Shown here in pieces: positions 61,401 through 64,000 of a DNA stretch of 64,000 nucleotides (the first letter of the stretch is position 1; each line of letters begins with the position of its first letter). The DNA comes from an uncultured virus (IMG/VR IMGVR_UViG_2891407665_000020) (Duplodnaviria > Heunggongvirae > Uroviricota > Caudoviricetes), in the IMG/VR virus record IMGVR_UViG_2891407665_000020, one strand, 5' to 3'. Below the pieces are notes generated by a model. It was not told the origin of the DNA. It ran no database searches and worked only from the letters and a program-made list of their open reading frames with translations. The position numbers and the translations under genes were made by a program.

Positions 61401-61672
61401 CATACTGTAACGAGCTAGATTACCTAACAGAAGAATACTATAACAGTTACCGGAACAAAATGCTAAACCTTTCAAAACCTATACGTTCCAGCGCTGGTAT
61501 TATTGCGTCAGAAATAATTTCCAGCTTCCAGGAGGATTTGGAAAAAAGGTTATCGCTGAATGCACCAATCAGGAACGCCATTAACAAAAAGACAGGGACT
61601 TTAGATGTTATTTCTGATGTTCCCTACGATATGCTCATTGATGCGCTGCAGGGGAGGCTTGATGCCTTATGA
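58409..61672 (+). CDS. Large hypothetical protein with acidic N-terminus and a zinc-ribbon motif
   Basis: 1087 aa; CPVCG...CTCG. Confidence 0.75.
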   Translation: MYGVGEEGLHCGDSSDDELILDDEFFNSMDSSILVEESDDAEPELDLDSLLQDDVMNVSAASYGLEDALIPVGLGIDDIAEGDILKSLDLEEDFEEDADGKRFMVQNGILDRPYTKDDFSLYLARIYYSRNMLQASRASGIMLSEHARYLHLAGGRFENPDFQMDGEDLKANQEQILRLDVEVYKCMLSDAEMTIMQHITKEENVKHVSSSDTLVAQIKNIKLADGLPKDTCEYVIRSVGQRLADTSGDANIDGIYAELLEARPEYAGIYGAYTLETLGYIKAIVTVYSNFMQNAAMTEQTENQYLRNKVQLFLRKDYALLEEMGGSINDGRLHHVLQIINDMDDYYAICPVCGRNIPIGVLLNVLLFQGDKVQDVNTVLLPSLSRCTCGEAVMLCGLDVFRIKQSLGNALGVSIAKYNEVAATLSSEAPISHFTITAKQLHNTIQSASEVYGAAGRVLPLGIFIECESEQLGHAKPKAGNDETTCDVCTMELCDELEYLEAVRIFYSSLKSTNPRYKAKTAAKKTAVGEVTDYGYARGTARTISYGYVSRFICKSLGLSYVEFKNRALLSLIYLIQENGLLNYIFNGEHKWEIEKEIDLLALFTEYTETTLPKELFADMCISYNKFSKDTATSSEDLYHDKEKVRSMLESLRQRKGVLVKELEALDERYKAAFSSLKEGMRALRFTKILNISAAKFSELAVVINNEEMLDYLNTIADQMIICNFANKFYYKWSLLNDKPSNALKDFDEAIDSGGATHACTKFLMKAGPSFGGTSNSIAYDYFELAGRPSTEPFKRVRGIEIGMKKLNPFLVGSALDDLTSVDSKQFGYVFNGAFKEAVDELHTAFQEYKGDEFETTLKFAGFSQKEIEDYRGSSYLAFERYLPIRKPGETIDEYLQRPAGTECSECIDYLPLFLEHAAALIIVSSVASITTIGYDNFILAAFMIALIDICVNCMRENEANQMLAINSTIGRKLNMNTYDAEIECSTGYTMERVFNNPYCNELDYLTEEYYNSYRNKMLNLSKPIRSSAGIIASEIISSFQEDLEKRLSLNAPIRNAINKKTGTLDVISDVPYDMLIDALQGRLDAL

Positions 61673-62568
61673 TACTTGTTATCTTGGAAAAGACAATGGA
61701 CGGCATCTGTTCCGCAAAGAATGTCCTGTACGAGAAATACCCAATGAGCGCCAGGATGTATGTGACTTCCCGTACGGACACCGCACAGTTACGGAGATTG
61801 GAAACACAGCCATTATTATGTCCAGGGTGGCTTATAGAGACAGACTATGACGTTGGGAAAGATAAACTGCGGAAGATAGGCACCCTGCCTGATTGCAATA
61901 TGGTGATTATCAATGCCGCAAATATAAAGCAGTTCGATAAGGTGAAAGAGCTCCTGCACCAGTTAAATTTATCATTTAAGGTGGTGGACAACCGTGTCCC
62001 CCCTGAAGGGCAGATCATGGGGTATATTTCCAATGAGCTAACTATCGCGGAGGACGCGGCACGGTATCTTATTAAGAAATACCACAGTTATCTGCCGGAT
62101 ATTGTGGCAGCTGTGAATACGCTGAAACAGTTTAGCTTTGTGGATAAGCAAATTGCCAAACGCTACTCCCCGGAAGCAAACCCTCTAGCACTTTATGAAC
62201 TTGTTGGCTACCTTATAGGGTACAATTCCCGCATTACGTATAATGAGGCAGTCCATATTGTTTACAATTACAGATACGGCAGCGCGCACTTACTTACTTA
62301 TTTGTCTGAGACACTTATGCAGTATGTGTTGGTGTACGAACAGATTGAACTTGGGCTGCTAAGTGCAGAGAATGTCACAGAATTTAAACGGGGCGCTAGC
62401 ATAAATGAGATAAAAGATTTGAATAGCTATCAAATCCTTCGGATGATTGATAGCTATTCGTCTGTTTCAATGGAAAAACTGTGGTATGTCTATCTAAAGG
62501 TTAAAAGCATCAAAAAAGACAGGTATTCCCTGTATAAATTAATTTACTTATTGAAGTTAGGCAAGTAA
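61669..62568 (+). CDS. DNA polymerase III delta (HolA)-like clamp-loader subunit
   Basis: YISNELTIAEDAARYL...LPDIVAAVNTLK...LALYELV pattern and about 300-aa size resemble HolA domains II/III; weak. Confidence 0.45.
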   Translation: MILVILEKTMDGICSAKNVLYEKYPMSARMYVTSRTDTAQLRRLETQPLLCPGWLIETDYDVGKDKLRKIGTLPDCNMVIINAANIKQFDKVKELLHQLNLSFKVVDNRVPPEGQIMGYISNELTIAEDAARYLIKKYHSYLPDIVAAVNTLKQFSFVDKQIAKRYSPEANPLALYELVGYLIGYNSRITYNEAVHIVYNYRYGSAHLLTYLSETLMQYVLVYEQIELGLLSAENVTEFKRGASINEIKDLNSYQILRMIDSYSSVSMEKLWYVYLKVKSIKKDRYSLYKLIYLLKLGK

Positions 62569-62578
62569 GGAGGTTGTC

Positions 62579-63538
62579 ATGGAGTTTATTGAGTTATTAA
62601 CTGTAACAACAGAAAAAGGGGAAGGCGTTTTACTGGAAGAATGCGGCAGGCAGTACGGGCAGCTGCGCGGGATATACGTATACCTGAGCGAAAAAGATTA
62701 TGCTTCTGTGCATGATTATATTGACTCTAATATAAGCAGGGCTGAAAACTGCAAGTCTAATTTTAAGAAGCAGCCCGCTGTGATTATGGGGATGTTACTA
62801 ACCATGCTCGGTTATAAGAGTTATACAGAGTATGTGGTACAACGCCTTGGCGGACTAGATAATACTCTCGAGTATGCGAAAGGCATTCGGGAAATCGATC
62901 GATTTTTAGATGAGGATGATTCTGATGACGCAGTCGCTGACGAGGAATTTATGGAGTATTTAAAAAACAGGGAGGCACATGGTACCGAAGAGGGTGTGGA
63001 CGGAACTGATTGTCATGGAAATGAAGCAAGTATTAGCGTGGAGCATGTCAGTACCGGTAAGAGTGGCAGCATGGATGTGTGCGATAATGGGGAATGCGAT
63101 AGCACTGAGGAAAGCGATAACGGGGAAGCCATCGCTGATGCTGGCACAGGCAGCAATAACCAGCCGGCAGGGCAGGAATACTGCAGTACAACAGATTCTT
63201 ATAAGGATAATGAATTTGCGGCTCAAACTGCTACTGAGCCATGTAAATCTTATAAAGAAAGTAACAGTGGGGATAGAGCCAGTAATTCTAAAATCGAAGA
63301 GTACCTTGAGAAGCTCTTACGCATAACAGAAAGCACACTTGCACTTCTGCAGAACCGTTCTGATACCACAGAAGATGGCGAGAAAACAGAAAGCAGCCAG
63401 TTGGGGGATACGGATGCTGATGTTATAAAAAGCGCACTGCTTAAGGCGCTTGATAGGGCAGACCTGGAAGATGTTTTCTATACAGGTTCCGATTTATTGA
63501 ACGATATCCTAGCATTAATAGAGGAGGTGATTCTGTGA
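62579..63538 (+). CDS. Hypothetical protein with acidic low-complexity centre
   Basis: AGGAGG RBS, 319 aa. Confidence 0.7.
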   Translation: MEFIELLTVTTEKGEGVLLEECGRQYGQLRGIYVYLSEKDYASVHDYIDSNISRAENCKSNFKKQPAVIMGMLLTMLGYKSYTEYVVQRLGGLDNTLEYAKGIREIDRFLDEDDSDDAVADEEFMEYLKNREAHGTEEGVDGTDCHGNEASISVEHVSTGKSGSMDVCDNGECDSTEESDNGEAIADAGTGSNNQPAGQEYCSTTDSYKDNEFAAQTATEPCKSYKESNSGDRASNSKIEEYLEKLLRITESTLALLQNRSDTTEDGEKTESSQLGDTDADVIKSALLKALDRADLEDVFYTGSDLLNDILALIEEVIL

Positions 63539-64000
63539 GCAAGAAAGACCGGGAGAGTTTTTATATTCTAGGTTTCATTCTAGGGATGATTGCAATCTGT
63601 TTAGTGGTGCGTTATAGCGCAAAATTTATTAATCCCTTGTACCTTGGCATTTTTGCTGTAATTGTACAGGTATTTATTATAATGCCGCGCATCGCTAAGA
63701 TGTATTACAAGATTATGGGCGCAGACCTTGGGTTTCAGGCTTATGTTCCGATTTATAATGAGCTGGCTATTTACAGTCCGGTGATGGCGAATGTGTCCCT
63801 TGTGATTTGGCTATTGGACGCCCTTATTCTAGGAATGAGCTGTATAGAAAATAGTGTATACGAATCTATACTCGGGATGCACGCTGCGTTTAATATTACG
63901 CACTCCCTTATCTGGGCTGCCATACTGGTGTACCTTGTGCAATGCCTGGTGCGCGGTATAGCAATGTGCCAGGTTTCATCTGTCGTATACAGAAAACGTG
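63535..64000 (+). CDS. Polytopic membrane protein (3' end lies outside the window)
   Basis: GGAGG RBS, GTG start overlapping the upstream stop, open to the window end, several TM segments. Confidence 0.65.
   Translation, partial: MSKKDRESFYILGFILGMIAICLVVRYSAKFINPLYLGIFAVIVQVFIIMPRIAKMYYKIMGADLGFQAYVPIYNELAIYSPVMANVSLVIWLLDALILGMSCIENSVYESILGMHAAFNITHSLIWAAILVYLVQCLVRGIAMCQVSSVVYRKR

Noticed and set aside
22129..63326. Many short minus-strand and alternate-frame ORFs inside the large genes
   Set aside because: They overlap well-supported + strand genes and show shadow-ORF composition.

Overview
This 64-kb window looks like part of a very large non-chromosomal or accessory replicon (megaplasmid, giant element or jumbo phage) of a Bacillota (Clostridia-like) host. 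That host call rests on sigmaA-type promoters, GGAGG ribosome-binding sites, a class B sortase and SPKTG/LPKTG sorting motifs. Nearly all genes are on the + strand. (1) 1-10.3 kb is accessory cargo: a DUF4116 repeat protein, an MNT-HEPN toxin-antitoxin pair, a HAD fusion, an ImmA/IrrE peptidase, and frameshifted DUF3850 and DUF262-AlbA_2 genes. (2) 10.4-20.3 kb holds a tyrosine recombinase followed by two AT-rich cassettes. Each cassette is a convergent gene pair (large NTPase versus ATP-grasp enzyme; nuclease-NTPase versus GT2 glycosyltransferase) bounded by perfect inverted repeats with a GGATAA-N7-TTATC core. A sigmaA promoter sits just outside the left repeat of each, so this is a candidate two-switch invertible defence locus. 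(3) 20.4-37.4 kb encodes surface functions: an Ig/transglutaminase protein, a 2407-aa T-Q ester-bond adhesin and sortase B, plus an orphan MinD. (4) 37.4-64 kb is a tightly packed core. It encodes a divergent single-chain beta-beta' RNA polymerase (2752 aa, NADFDGD intact, flap tip and beta' zinc ribbon apparently lost), a family A DNA polymerase, an NAD-dependent ligase split into two genes about 19 kb apart, a HolA-like clamp-loader subunit and large unknown proteins. I recognised no virion genes, rRNA, tRNA or CRISPR array. All family calls come from motifs read by eye, not from database searches.
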